Shown: piece by piece, positions 42,285-54,122 of the stretch
How positions within the stretch are numbered: position 1 is the stretch's first letter
Layout: every line of letters begins with the position of its first letter
NCBI GenBank assembly: GCA_951406725.2
Contig: OX597825.1
Span: 23,808,001 to 23,872,000, forward strand
DNA length: 64,000 bases
DNA from: Octopus vulgaris
Taxonomy: Eukaryota
Reading direction: 5' to 3'
Translations under genes and position numbers: made by a program
The notes under the pieces: model-generated
What the model was told of the DNA's origin: nothing
The model's input: the letters and a program-made list of their open reading frames with translations, nothing else
Databases searched by the model: none

Positions 42285-42835
42285 TATATGCATATAAATA
42301 TGCATATAAAGATATTTAGTAGATGTACATTATATGTATGTAAATGTATACACATGTATTCATATACATCTGTATGAAAATGCGGTGTATATATGTGTGT
42401 GTGTGTGTGCGTGCGCGCAATTATTTACATATATATGAGCGCATATACACACGCAAAGCTTATGCCCAAGTTTGTCGCTGCTCTGCTCATATCTGCAGCT
42501 GTAGTGAGTTCTGTTTACCTACCACAAACATAACCAAGATTTCGCAGTTCACATCCTAGTGATATGGAAGAACGGAGCTGAGTTTTCAAGCGTTGGATCA
42601 CTTGTGCTGGGGTGTTTATCTCCCTATGACTTAGCAGTTCGGCGAAAGAAACCGATAGAATAAGTACCAGGTTTTTTAAAACATGAGTACTTAGTGTATA
42701 ACTCGTTCAAATAAAACTCCTCAACGTTGGGCCCCAGCATGGCCGTAGTCTAATGACAAGAACAATTAAATGACACAGGTCTTGACCCTCATCATTGAAT
42801 CTATAACAGTTCAATTTATGAAATCCATAAGAATA

Positions 42836-43412
42836 TATATTTCTTTACTACCCACAAGGGCTAAACACAGGGAGGACAAACAAGGACAGACAAAGGGATC
42901 AAGTCGATTATGCGTAACTGGTACTTATTTAATCGACCCCGGAAGGATGAAAGACAAAGTCGACCTCGGCGTAATTTGAACTCAGAACTTAGCGGCAGAC
43001 GAAATACCTATGTCTTTACTACCCACAAGGGGCTAAACACAGAGAGGGCAAACAAGGACAGACAAAGGGATCAAGTCGATTATGCGTAACTGGTACTTAT
43101 TTAATCGACCCCGAAAGGATGAAAGACAAAGTCGACCTCGGCGGAATTTGAACTCAGAACGTAACGGCAGACGAAATACCTATTTCTTTACTACCCACAA
43201 GGGGCTACACACAGAGGGAACAAGCAAGGACAGACAAACGGATTAAGTCGATTACATCGACCCTAGTGCGTAACTGGTACTTAATTTATCGACCTCGAAA
43301 GGATGAAAGGCAAAGTCGATCTGGTGGAATTTGAACTCAGAACGTAACGGCAGACGAAATACTGCTACGCATTTCGCCCGGCGTGCGAACGTTTCTGCCA
43401 GCTCGCCGCCTT
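42836..43412 (-). mobile_element. head-to-tail trimer of SINE family B within one TSD
   Basis: Full copy at 43181-43412 plus two 5'-truncated ~173-bp copies. TSD gaaatccata(a/g)gaata on both sides. Confidence 0.9.
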
Positions 43413-44849
43413 GTGAAATCCATAGGAATATAATACCGCTCTATAACCTATATAAACATTACTGTGAAAGTAACAGTATAAGTACGTAGTAATTCTGTTT
43501 AAACTATACTGACGTTCCTACAATAGAAACCTATTTAGAAGGAAGTGAAATATGCTATGTTACTCTAATAGTATTCACAGTACTGTGTCAATGTCAGCTG
43601 TTGTTCTATAGTTGCTTACTGCTTGAAACAATGAGAACTAAAACAGGAGCAGAAAGCAAACAGCCATTAAGTAAACGCACACACATACGTTAGTTAATAG
43701 TCTCGCTAGTTCTGGTTATGATTTTAAATGGCTCTCTAAGAGCGCTAAAACAATGCCAAGCAAGCTTACATATTTCATTGATTCTGAACATTTCCTCGTC
43801 GACCTACATCTGCAAACGTGAACGCTTTGTCTTCATCGATTTGTTTGGATGATGGATTTAAATATAGGCGCAAGCTTGGCTGTGTGGTTAAGAAATTCGT
43901 TTTGTAACCAGGTTGATGCGGGTTCAGTCCCACGGCACTTCACCTTAGCGAGTCGTTTTTTCTACTACAGCCGAGAGCCGATCAATGCCTTGTGAGCGAA
44001 TTAGGTAAATAGAAACTGTGAGAAGGCGGCGAGCTGGCAGAAAAGTCAGCGCGCCGGGTGAAATTCTTAGCCTTATTTCGTCTGTCTTTAAGTTCGGTAG
44101 GGGGTTGTACCACCGGCAGGAGAAGAGACACTGTTGGGGAGAATTGTGCCGCCATCAGTAGAATTGACTACCTCGAACCCGGAGGAAGAGGAACTATTGG
44201 TCTTCTTCTACCGAGGCGGAGAGGTAGAAAAGGTGGTGGAAAAGCACCATAAGGGAGTACCTTGTGGCCTGGTGACGCTGGCTCGGATCCCGCTTTGGTC
44301 TTGAATGAGGCGTGGGGGATGGTGGGGTATACGGGTACAAGCAATGTTAGGGAGGGATAGTGACAATAGGTTGAAAAGCCTCAGTGTTATAATGCTTATT
44401 TTATAATGTTTAATGTTTATTGCATGTTATTGTGTTTAAGAGGCTTAACGCCCCAATTCTTAAATGGACTATTAGTCTAATAATTGTAAAACTGAAGTAA
44501 GAGGTTCATTACCTCATTTTGTCTTTTTCTGTGAAAAAAGAAGAGAATAATGTTTTAGAGAAGCAAAAATCGGCGGACGTTTTTGTCTTCTCCCATTAAT
44601 ATCATCCTTTTCATCATTCACCTCACCAATGTCTTTGTCCAGCCCGCAAGCTACTCTGTATCAAGCCCTTATGGCAAAATTTTTGAAATAAAATAGAAAC
44701 TGTGGGGAAGTCCGTTGCATTTTATGTATGTGTGTGAATAAATATATATGTATGACAAAGAGCCTTAATATAGTGTATGTTATGCCAGCATTATGAACCC
44801 CGACAGATAAATTACGGATGCTATCAAAGATAGCGCAGAACATAACTCA

Positions 44850-45065
44850 GAATGTGACAAAGCGATTAAACTCTGAGAAACGTCAACTTCCATACAAGGG
44901 AAGATGAAAAGAAGTTGTTGGAATAATATTTTCAAAGACTATCAGGAAATGAAACACCTTCTGATTGATATATCAATTAAAATGAATAACAATAATATAT
45001 CTTTAAATGATAAGGAGAAATTATCACTAAATAAATATCTGGAGTGAAAGATAGCCAGACGATGA
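44850..45065 (+). mobile_element. old R4/Dong-like RLE remnant
   Basis: IIFKDYQEMKHLLIDISIK..NNISLNDKEKLSLNKYLE*KIAR parallels the element at 9118. Confidence 0.6.
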
Positions 45066-45843
45066 TTTGGCAGAATCGCAAGAGCGCTGGATAACACTTC
45101 TACCTTATGTAGCTATGGTCTTTTAACGGCTTGGGTTCAAAAGCCAGCGAGAACGAATTTGACCTTCCTTTTCCCTTTCTATCAGGCTATCAATGGAATT
45201 ATAATTGTCGATAATCTACCAGTTTATTAATGGTAGCCAATAAGAAGAATGCGTTGATGAAATGCATAACAGTTATCATAATGTCGAGGAAATTAAGAAA
45301 ACTGTAGAAAAATACACCTCCATGGACTACAACATTTTTATATATACTGCACATAGTGTAAAAATTAGTACAGTTTTTACATGGAAATACAAAAAAGACA
45401 ACAAAAAGAAATGTGCCGAACCTACACGAGTTCTATAAAAGAACATTAATTTTAAGAATACATGAAATTATGAAAGTTTTTCCTTCTGTTTCTGTGTAGT
45501 AAAACTTATTTTTTTCCAAATCTCAATCAACTGGTGATTAGTTGTGGATATCAATTAATGGAGAAATATGTTAATACAAACATTAATTGCCGGTAGAGAC
45601 ACTGTATTTCATTTTGCAAGGAAAATATACTACCAAGTAAATTAACGGTTTATAAGCCATAACAGTTTATAAGCCAATGCTATGTGCTGCTTTTCTGTTA
45701 GCAGTGCGTTATTTTTATTTAAAAATTTTCTCTACAAACTTTCTATAGAACTTAGAGCCAGCACAGTTTACGAATACGCCAATGTAAACAACGTAATCAA
45801 AGACAGAAAAATAGGTATTGGTTTTATATAGGTAATGGGCATA

Positions 45844-46242
45844 TACTCTTTTACTCTTTTACTTATTTCAGTCATTTTGACTGCGGCCATGCTGGAGCAC
45901 CACCTTTGATCGAGCAAATCGACCCCGGGACTTATTCTTTTGTAAGCCCAGTACTTATTCTATCGGTCTCTTTTGCTGAACGGATAAGTAACGGGGACAT
46001 AAACACACCAGCATCGGTTGTCAAGCAATGCTAGGGGGACAAACACAGACACACAAACACAGACACGCATATATATATACATTTTTACGACGGGCTTCTT
46101 TCAGTTTCCGTCTACCAAATCCACTCACAAGGCTTTGGTCGGCCCGAGGCTATAGTAGAGGACACTTTCCCAAGATGCCACGCAGTGGGACTGAACCCAG
46201 AACCATGTGGTTGGTAAACAAGCTACTTACCACACAGCCACT
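45844..46242 (-). mobile_element. SINE family A, young
   Basis: (AAAAGAGT)n tail. Near-identical to 46676-47137. Confidence 0.93.
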
Positions 46243-46282
46243 ATGTATATTTCAAGAATTATTGTTCCTTCTTCAGCACCAC
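46242..46282 (-). ncRNA. decayed hammerhead-like motif cut by a SINE insertion
   Basis: Minus strand reads gtggtg-CTGAAGA-AGGA-acaataat-TCTT-GAAA-tatacat-a. Similar to 38943-38983. Confidence 0.45.
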
Positions 46283-46675
46283 ATCCAACTCATTAACTAT
46301 CCACGAATGCATTGCTGAAATACTCACTATGTTTAGCGACGTGACACTATTCAGTGCTGGCCCTAAATTCTACTGAAAATCTGTAGAGATTAATTTAAAA
46401 TTAATACAAACAATCAAAATAACAATACATGACCTTGAAGAATATAATTCGTGATCATGCCATTATAAAACACACATATGGATTATGAACTTAAAATTAC
46501 TTCCGATTAAGTGTCCTAAATGTGTAAGGAGTTTGGTTAACGATCGGAGAGGCGTAGATTGGCGTTATGTCTTCGGATGAAATACTTCAGCTTTTGTTGC
46601 TCCAGTCTACTCAGCCGAAAACTGTGTAACAACTTATGAATTCCTATTAATTGTCCATACAACCACAGCTGACCA

Positions 46676-46896
46676 TACTCTTTTACTCTTTTACTCTTTT
46701 ACTTGTTTCAGTCATTTGACTGCGGCCATGCTGGAGCACCGCCTTTAATGGAGCAACTCGACCCCGGGACTTATTCTTTTGTAAGCCCAGTACTTATTCT
46801 ATCGGTCTCTTTTGCCGAACGGATAAGTAACGGGGACATAAACACACCAGCATCGGTTGTCAAGCAATGCTAGGGGGACAAACACAGACACACAAA

Positions 46897-46977
<81 letters not shown>

Positions 46978-47137
46978 CGGGCTTCTTTCAGTTTCCGTCT
47001 ACCAAATCCACTCACAAGGCTTTGGTCGGCCCGAGGCTATAGTAGAAGACACTTGCCCAAAGTGCCACGCAGTGGGACTGAACCCGGAACCATGTGGTTG
47101 GTAAACAATCTACTTACCACACAGCCACTCCTGCGCC
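46676..47137 (-). mobile_element. SINE family A, young, with expanded internal (TA)n
   Basis: Complete head and tail present. Confidence 0.93.
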
Positions 47138-47464
47138 TATAACATTTTTTTTTTATTTTGTGTTGCATATCTTTATGAAGTGTGGAAGTGATTAGTGTAA
47201 AGAAATTCCGATCACTTTGAAATCTGAGTTCTGTCGTAGCTTCCCATCGATACACCAAAATATCATATTCTTGCTTCTTACCTCCAGAATGAATCATCAT
47301 AAAATTAAAACTAAATCCTTGTGTTCGATATAATATTGCTATCCACGTCGAATGCTGCGGCGTAAACTTTTCATATTCAACAAATTTCGGAAAACCTTTA
47401 GAAAAGGACGTTATAATCCTACAATATCGAACTGCATGAATCTGCAGTTTGATACTGTTAAATC

Positions 47465-47846
47465 GTGGAGGCGCAATGGCCCAGTGGTTAGGGCAGCGGA
47501 CTCGCGGTCATAGGATCGCGGTTTCGATTCCCAGACCGGGCGTTGTGAGTGTTTATTGAGCGAAAACACCTAAAGCTCCACGAGGCTCCGGCAGGGGATG
47601 GTGGTGATCCCTGCTGTACTCTTTCACCACAACTTTCTCTCACTCTTACTTCCTGCTTCTGTTGTACCTGTATTTGAAAGGGCCGGCCTTGTCACTCTCT
47701 GTGTCACGCTGAATATCCCCGAGAACTACGTTATGGGTACACGTGTCTGGAGTGCTCAGCCACTTACACGTTAATTTCACGAGCAGGCTGTTCCGTTGAT
47801 TCGGATCAACCGGAACCCTCACCGTCGTAACCGACGGAGTGCTTCC
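47465..47846 (+). mobile_element. SINE family C (tRNA-derived head)
   Basis: TGGCCCAGTGGTTAGGGC A-box and GGTTTCGATTCCC B-box. TSD act(g/a)ttaaatc at 47454-47464 and 47847-47857. Near-identical to 51276-51675. Confidence 0.92.
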
Positions 47847-47933
47847 ACTATTAAATCACATGACAGTGATGGTACCTGTGATATTTGTGGTACTTGTTGC
47901 ATTGGCATACACATATTCATACAATATGTGTGC

Positions 47934-47989
<56 letters not shown>

Positions 47990-48404
47990 AAGAGAGAGAG
48001 TGCGTATGTGATTATGATATTACGCTCTAAACCTTGGGTTGGGTACTTTTCTCTTGTTCTCATATGCAATATATGTGTGTTTGATAATAAGGGAAACATA
48101 ATTTCTTAGATAAAATATCCAAGACATCAGAATCTCTGCCTGATTTATAATACGAAGGATATCGTGAGATTTACGTAATTTTCCAACTGAAGATTAGCAG
48201 CTCAAATGAAATGAAATAGGCTTATATATTTTGCATTAAATATTACTACAATCTAATGAAGAATTACTACATTATAGGCAGGATTTAAGCTATCACAGAT
48301 ACACAATATATATTGACGTAAAATTATCCATATATACACATGCACACACACACACACACACACACACACCCATACACATACACACACACATATATATATT
48401 TAGT

Positions 48405-48577
48405 GTAGGAAGAAATGGAGCTGAACGAAGATTTAACAAAATTCCTTTTTATTATTTTCTACATATGTTTCAAAGGCTGCAAAGTCCCTAATTCGGATTT
48501 TTCTGTTGTGATTTTTGCTACCCAGGTATCGGTCATCATTTGAATAATCCGTAACAAGATAATTCATTTATCCATTT

Positions 48578-48580
<3 letters not shown>
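48405..48580. mobile_element. family X (TA)n-embedded repeat, internally deleted
   Basis: Shares aaatggagctgaacgaagatt...ctacatatgtttc and gatttttgctacccaggtatcgg with the 18.1-kb and 56.4-kb copies. Confidence 0.8.
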
Positions 48581-48623
<43 letters not shown>

Positions 48624-50694
48624 CACATATATTATATATTATATATTCCAAATTCGATCTAATATTATTATTATACTGAATTTTACCTGTAAGGTTGGAA
48701 TAATAATTTGTTCCCTAATATTATTTTTATATGTATGTATAGATTCATGTAGACCTATCGATATAAAGAGATATATGTGCGTACGGTATCTACGAGTGTG
48801 TATGCATGTGTGTATGCGTGTTTATGTGTGACTGCCTTCCTGTTTGTGAATCCAAATTTTGATTAATTAGAATATATATCATATTTTACTTTGTTAATTG
48901 TTCTTGGCTACTTCTATTAAATTCGAAGACATCTGTTTAACTCTTCGTAACGAGTAGTGAATTGAAACGATTTGGACCGATACAGCTTGACACTGGAATG
49001 TAAAAGAATGGAACTGATATCGCAAGACATCTCATCCGACTCTCTAACAACTCCTAAGTTCAAATCCATCCTCCTGGATTATGAACGGAGTTGAGGGGCT
49101 GGAGCGTGTGTCCTTCTAATAATTCGACTTAGAAATCCAGTCGAACATTAGACTAAAAAGTATTTTTACTTCAGTGAATATTCTCGAAAAATCTCTATCT
49201 TCTTCATAACATGATAAGCTTGTCTTATATTGATGTTTACCAAACTTACCACGTTTTGTGTTTCAATACGGATGAATAAATAAAACCTGAAAGCAGTTCT
49301 AATTCAATATATTCATGTTAGCGGAAATACCGCCATTTTACCAGCTAACGCTGCAACAATACTGGCCATGTGAAAGTTAGTCAGCCATTGAAAATTTTAC
49401 TTGATGAAATCATTGTCATAGATTTTTGCCGTATTTCATCTAAACCGTATTTGCTGATCAATATTTCATTATTCCGAAGGGCTTAGATATGCTTAGATTA
49501 CCGTTCTGACATGAGCCATCTTTCAAATACCTCAGATCTTAATCTTTCTAAAATGTGGTTTATAGATTTTATTCGTGGCAATCGATACAGTAATCCATTA
49601 GAGGATTTTATCAATATCGTGTAAAAATATAGATTGGCGTTTTCCCTGTCTCGGTAAACAGCCTCACTTTCGTATAGTTAATTCTTTTCAAAAATATCTC
49701 CTTTCGTCTTTTGTTCACGTATATCGGTCAATAGGACAGCAGGTATAACTGAATATATAACGCCGCTTGATTGGGTATAGTTACCTATAGTGAAAAAATT
49801 TAATTCACAATGACTGTTTCGTTTCTTTAATTGAAAGTATTGTTCTCAAACACATCGGCAACGTGTAGGCGTAATCGATTGAATCGAACCAAACCAAGAG
49901 TAATGGAATATAACACGTTCAATAATTAACGCTCCAATTCACTTTGTATAAACAGGTAAAATAACAGTAACTCTGGGAAAACATATTGGTGACAGTTTAG
50001 TTTATATCTTATTGCTTTCATTTGTCTGCCATTTTTGTTTCGAATATAACAATCTAAAACTTGCTAAATGGATGCATTATATAAGAGGCTCAACCTTCCT
50101 GTCGCTTTATATATGTATGAATGTATTATGTGTGTATATGTATGTATGCATGTATCTGTCTATCTATTCACACATACACACTTCGATATGTTTCTGCTGA
50201 CAATTAGCCCAAGCTACTTGTAAAACTTAATACCACCACCTGGTGGGATCTCTTGACTGATGGGATCTCTTGACTATAAAGTTTTATAGCATTATGGCCC
50301 AATCAAGTAGGGATTTGCTAACTGAGACGTATCCAAACATACGCGACTTATCTGGTATCCTTACAGTAAACATTCTCTTTACTGGTACTAAAAATCCGGA
50401 ACTCACGAACGAGCGACACGCTGAAAAAAAATGTTATTTGGGTTAAGAGAATTTGCGTTAATTTGTGTTAATTAATTAATTGTCATTAAAATGTTATCAT
50501 TTCAGTTATTTCAGTATATTAAGAATAATAATGATGCATATTGAGAGAGTTTTAATGTGTTGCAATGGTGATTCAAAAAGTGATCATCAGATATCCGGAA
50601 ATGTCAGTTATCCGGTAATACTCCTGTTTCACTTGTGTTGGTTAGGAAGAAATTTACTGTGTATGAAACAATCAATGAATGTCTTCAGTAGATA

Positions 50695-51140
50695 AAGCGG
50701 CGAGGTGGTAGAATCGTTAGCATGCCGGACAAAGTGCTTAGCCTCATTTCGACCGTCTTTACATTATGGGTTCACATTCCGCCGGCGACGACTTTCCCTT
50801 TCCCCCATTCGGGGCCGATAAAATAAGTATTTCACTACTGCCCACAAGGGGCTAAACACAGAGGGGAGGGGACAAATGGATTATGTCGATTACATCGACC
50901 CCAGGGCGTAACTGGTACTTAATTTATCGACCCCGAAAGGATGAAAGGCAAAGTCGACCTCGGCGGAATTTGATCTCAGAACGTAACAGCAGACGAAATA
51001 CGGCTACGCATTTCGCCCGGCGTGCTAACGAGTCTGCCAGCTCGCCGATAAAATAAGTACCAGTAAAACATTGGGGTCGATGTAATCGACTTAGCCCCCA
51101 TCCCGAACTTGCTGACCCTGAGCTAAGATTTGAAATCAAT
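50695..51140. mobile_element. old SINE B (+) interrupted by a younger SINE B (-, about 50830-51046)
   Basis: Duplication gccgataaaataagta at 50814-50829 and 51044-51059. Confidence 0.85.
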
Positions 51141-51275
51141 ATTTCTTGAGTGTAAGGCAGGAAGCAGAATCGTTAGCAGGCAGGGCAATATGCTTCGCAG
51201 TGTTTCATTCGTCTTTACCTTCTGAGTTCAAATTCTGTCGAGGTTGTATTTGTCTTTCATCTTATCGTGGATCGA

Positions 51276-51675
51276 CGTGGAGGCGCAATGGCCCAGTGGT
51301 TAGGGCAGCGGACTCGCGGTCATAGGATCGCGGTTTCGATTCCCAGACCGGGCGAGTGAGTGTTTATTGAGTGTTTATTGAGCGAAAACACCTAAAGCTC
51401 CACGCAGCTCCGGCAGGGGATGGTGGTGATCCCTGCTGTACTCTTTCACCACAACTTTCTCTCACTCTTACTTCCTGTTTCTGTTGTACCTGTATTTCAA
51501 GGGACCGGCCTTGTTACTCTCTGTGTCACGCTGAATATCCCCGAGAACTACGTTAAGGGTGCACGTGTCTGTGGAGTGCTCAGCCACTTACACGTTAATT
51601 TCACGAGCAGGCTGTTCCGTTGACTCGGATCAACCGGAACCCTCGTCGTCGTAACCGACGGAGTGCTTCCATTCC
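51276..51675 (+). mobile_element. SINE family C nested in an old SINE B
   Basis: Perfect 12-bp TSD atcgtggatcga at 51264-51275 and 51676-51687. Confidence 0.92.
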
Positions 51676-52258
51676 ATCGTGGATCGATGTAATTAGCTAG
51701 CATACTGCCCCGAAATTACTGGCCTTGTGCCAAAATTGAAAACCAATATTTCATTAGTGTATGATCAAGAAAATATAAGCGCAGCACGAATCGTTTCGTC
51801 GGCCAAAATAAAAACCTATACAAGATTTATAAATTTACAGGAAAAAGCCACCTCATAAAATCTTTTAAGGAATTATTAATGAAACCGTCATACAAACCGT
51901 CGACAGACGTGCTGTTTGGCCTGCATTTTCCGTCAACAATGTGTCTCTTCTGAATAGTCTGTACTTTCTTTTATGGTTTTGTTCAGGGGAAAACATTGAC
52001 CTTTAGTTGATCTTGCACAGAAAAAAGAGTGGAAATTTTATTGCAGCACACCCGGCTTATGAATAATGAATGTCGATTAACACCTTTATCGCTGTCACTT
52101 GCTATCCTGCATGTATCTTATGGTTTTGCTTTATTTACGCACATTTATACCGGGAGATGTTCATTTGGGTCTAAATGGATTTCGGGTAAAGAAATTCGAA
52201 ATATTAACAAGTCAAAAACAACGGGTTATTAACACCTTCGAAATTTGTTATATGTATA

Positions 52259-52290
<32 letters not shown>

Positions 52291-52681
52291 CATGTACATA
52301 TACATGTACATATATACATATATACATATATACATACATATATATATATATATATATACATATAGTTAGTAAATGTTTTTATCTTCACTTCACTAAATTT
52401 ATCTAGCTTCTGTGTTCCTAGCACATATTTCGCCTTAATGTACTGATATATGGAAAATATATGGCTTGTGTTAGAAATACCAGCGATTATAATTATTTTT
52501 ATTTTATCGCAATTTGATTTGTTTACATATTTCTCGATAAATTTCGAGCGCTAGACGATATACCAGAAATCCCTAGTTTTGTCGGGACGTTCGGAGTCTG
52601 CGCAGTGATTTGATTAGTTAGAGAGAGTAAATCATTAGAAGCACATGCTTCTAGTGAGTTATGATCTCAGAAAAACAGGGC

Positions 52682-52753
52682 TCTCATTTATGAATTCTCC
52701 CTGAGCAAATAAATTATCCTTATTGCTGAAAAGAAAGAAACTGCAGTCTGAGA
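52682..52753 (+). ncRNA. type I hammerhead-like motif, unit 1 (G5 mutated)
   Basis: Reads tctca-TTTATGA-[stem II ttct/agaa plus agcaa.taa/ttattgct]-GAAA-CtgcaGTC-tgaga. Confidence 0.55.
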
Positions 52754-53078
52754 ATAACCGAGTTAGTAAATGTTTTTATCTTCACTTCACTAAATTTATC
52801 TAGCTTCTGTGTTCCTAGCACATATTTCGCCTTAATGTACTGATATATGGAAAATATATGGCTTGTGTTAGAAATACCAGCGATTATAATTATTTTTATT
52901 TTATCGCAATTTGATTTGTTTACATATTTCTCGATAAATTTCGAGCGCTAGACGATATACCAGAAATCCCTAGTTTTGTCGGGACGTTCGGAGTCTGCGC
53001 AGTGATTTGATTAGTTAGAGAGAGTAAATCATTAGAAGCACATGCTTCTAGTGAGTTATGATCTCAGAAAAACAGGGC

Positions 53079-53150
53079 TCTCATTGATGAATTCTCCCTG
53101 AGCAAATAAATTATCCTTATTGCTGAAAAGAAAGAAACTGCAGTCTGAGA
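53079..53150 (+). ncRNA. type I hammerhead-like motif, unit 2 (UUGAUGA core)
   Basis: Reads tctca-TTGATGA-...-GAAA-CtgcaGTC-tgaga. Stem I is 5 bp, stem III is the palindrome ACTGCAGT, and the GUC site is at 53143-53145. Confidence 0.7.
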
Positions 53151-53475
53151 ATAACCGAGTTAGTAAATGTTTTTATCTTCACTTCACTAAATTTATCTAG
53201 CTTCTGTGTTCCTAGCACATATTTCGCCTTAATGTACTGATATATGGAAAATATATGGCTTGTGTTAGAAATACCAGCGATTATAATTATTTTTATTTTA
53301 TCGCAATTTGATTTGTTTACATATTTCTCGATAAATTTCGAGCGCTAGACGATATACCAGAAATCCCTAGTTTTGTCGGGACGTTCGGAGTCTGCGCAGT
53401 GATTTGATTAGTTAGAGAGAGTAAATCATTAGAAGCACATGCTTCTAGTGAGTTATGATCTCAGAAAAACAGGGC

Positions 53476-53547
53476 TCTCATTTATGAATTCTCCCTGAGC
53501 AAATAAATTATCCTTATTGCTGAAAAGAAAGAAACTGCAGTCTGAGA
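53476..53547 (+). ncRNA. type I hammerhead-like motif, unit 3 (G5 mutated)
   Basis: Same sequence as unit 1. Confidence 0.55.
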
Positions 53548-53751
53548 ATAACCGAGTTAGTAAATGTTTTTATCTTCACTTCACTAAATTTATCTAGCTT
53601 CTGTGTTCCTAGCACATATTTCGCCTTAATGTACTGATATATGGAAAATATATGGCTTGTGTTAGAAATACCAGCGATTATAATTATTTTTATTTTATCG
53701 CAATTTGATTTGTTTATATATATATATATAAATATATATATAATAGAAAAA

Positions 53752-54122
53752 TTAAAATTACTAAGTCTCTCTAAAGGAGATTGCGGCATCGTTACTGGAA
53801 ATTAATAGTTATCGCCATACTTATATGGCACTCTTATAAATATAAGACTAAAGCTGTCGCTGATTAGCTCCAAGAGGCCTTCGCCTCAAGCTAGCTATTT
53901 GACACACAACCTGCGTCCATTATAAACCTTCGAACAGGGGAGGTCAGCCGATTCCTTCCTGCCAGTCAGACAGCTGCAGACATGTTTCAGGGTATTTGCC
54001 CTTTATCAATGCAGCGTAGTCAGACCCAGCAGGTGTCGCTACCGGCTGTCCCTGTTCGAAGAATCTATTTACCTAGTTTCAGTGGAATACATCCACTTGT
54101 TTAAATTTACTAAGTCTCTCTA
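53752..54122 (-). mobile_element. 349-bp terminally redundant, highly structured unit carrying a hammerhead
   Basis: Direct repeat ttaaa(a/t)ttactaagtctctcta at 53752-53773 and 54101-54122. Internal inverted arms cttcgaacaggg (53928-53939) and ccctgttcgaag (54050-54061). Confidence 0.75.
53973..54015 (-). ncRNA. minimal type I hammerhead ribozyme with a U3-A8 core variant
   Basis: Minus strand reads GCTGCA-TTGATAA-AGGG-caaata-CCCT-GAAA-C-at-GTC-TGCAGC. Stem I is a perfect 6 bp, stem II is 4 bp and stem III is the palindrome ACATGT. Confidence 0.8.

Larger units (their letters stand above)
52364..53716 (+). repeat. 3.4 x 397-bp tandem array flanked by (TA)n; retrozyme/Penelope pLTR-like
   Basis: Units start at 52364, 52761, 53158 and 53555. 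They are identical by eye apart from one site, and each full unit has one hammerhead-like motif. Confidence 0.95.

Noticed and set aside
44095-44310. GC-rich open frame (GVVPPAGEETLLGRIV...) interrupting a SINE B head
   Set aside because: No recognisable domain or splice context. Probably an unclassified TE fragment.
47465-47540. tRNA gene (also at 51276 and 24104)
   Set aside because: A/B boxes are present, but the heads continue into repeated SINE bodies bounded by TSDs.
51785-51862. minus-strand hammerhead-like TTTATGA...gccgac-GAAAC-gattc-GTG
   Set aside because: The core is mutated, the triplet is non-cleavable and there is no stem I.
52364-53716. CRISPR-like array (also considered for 58596-58920)
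   Set aside because: There are no unique spacers, the units are contiguous tandem copies, and the context is eukaryotic.
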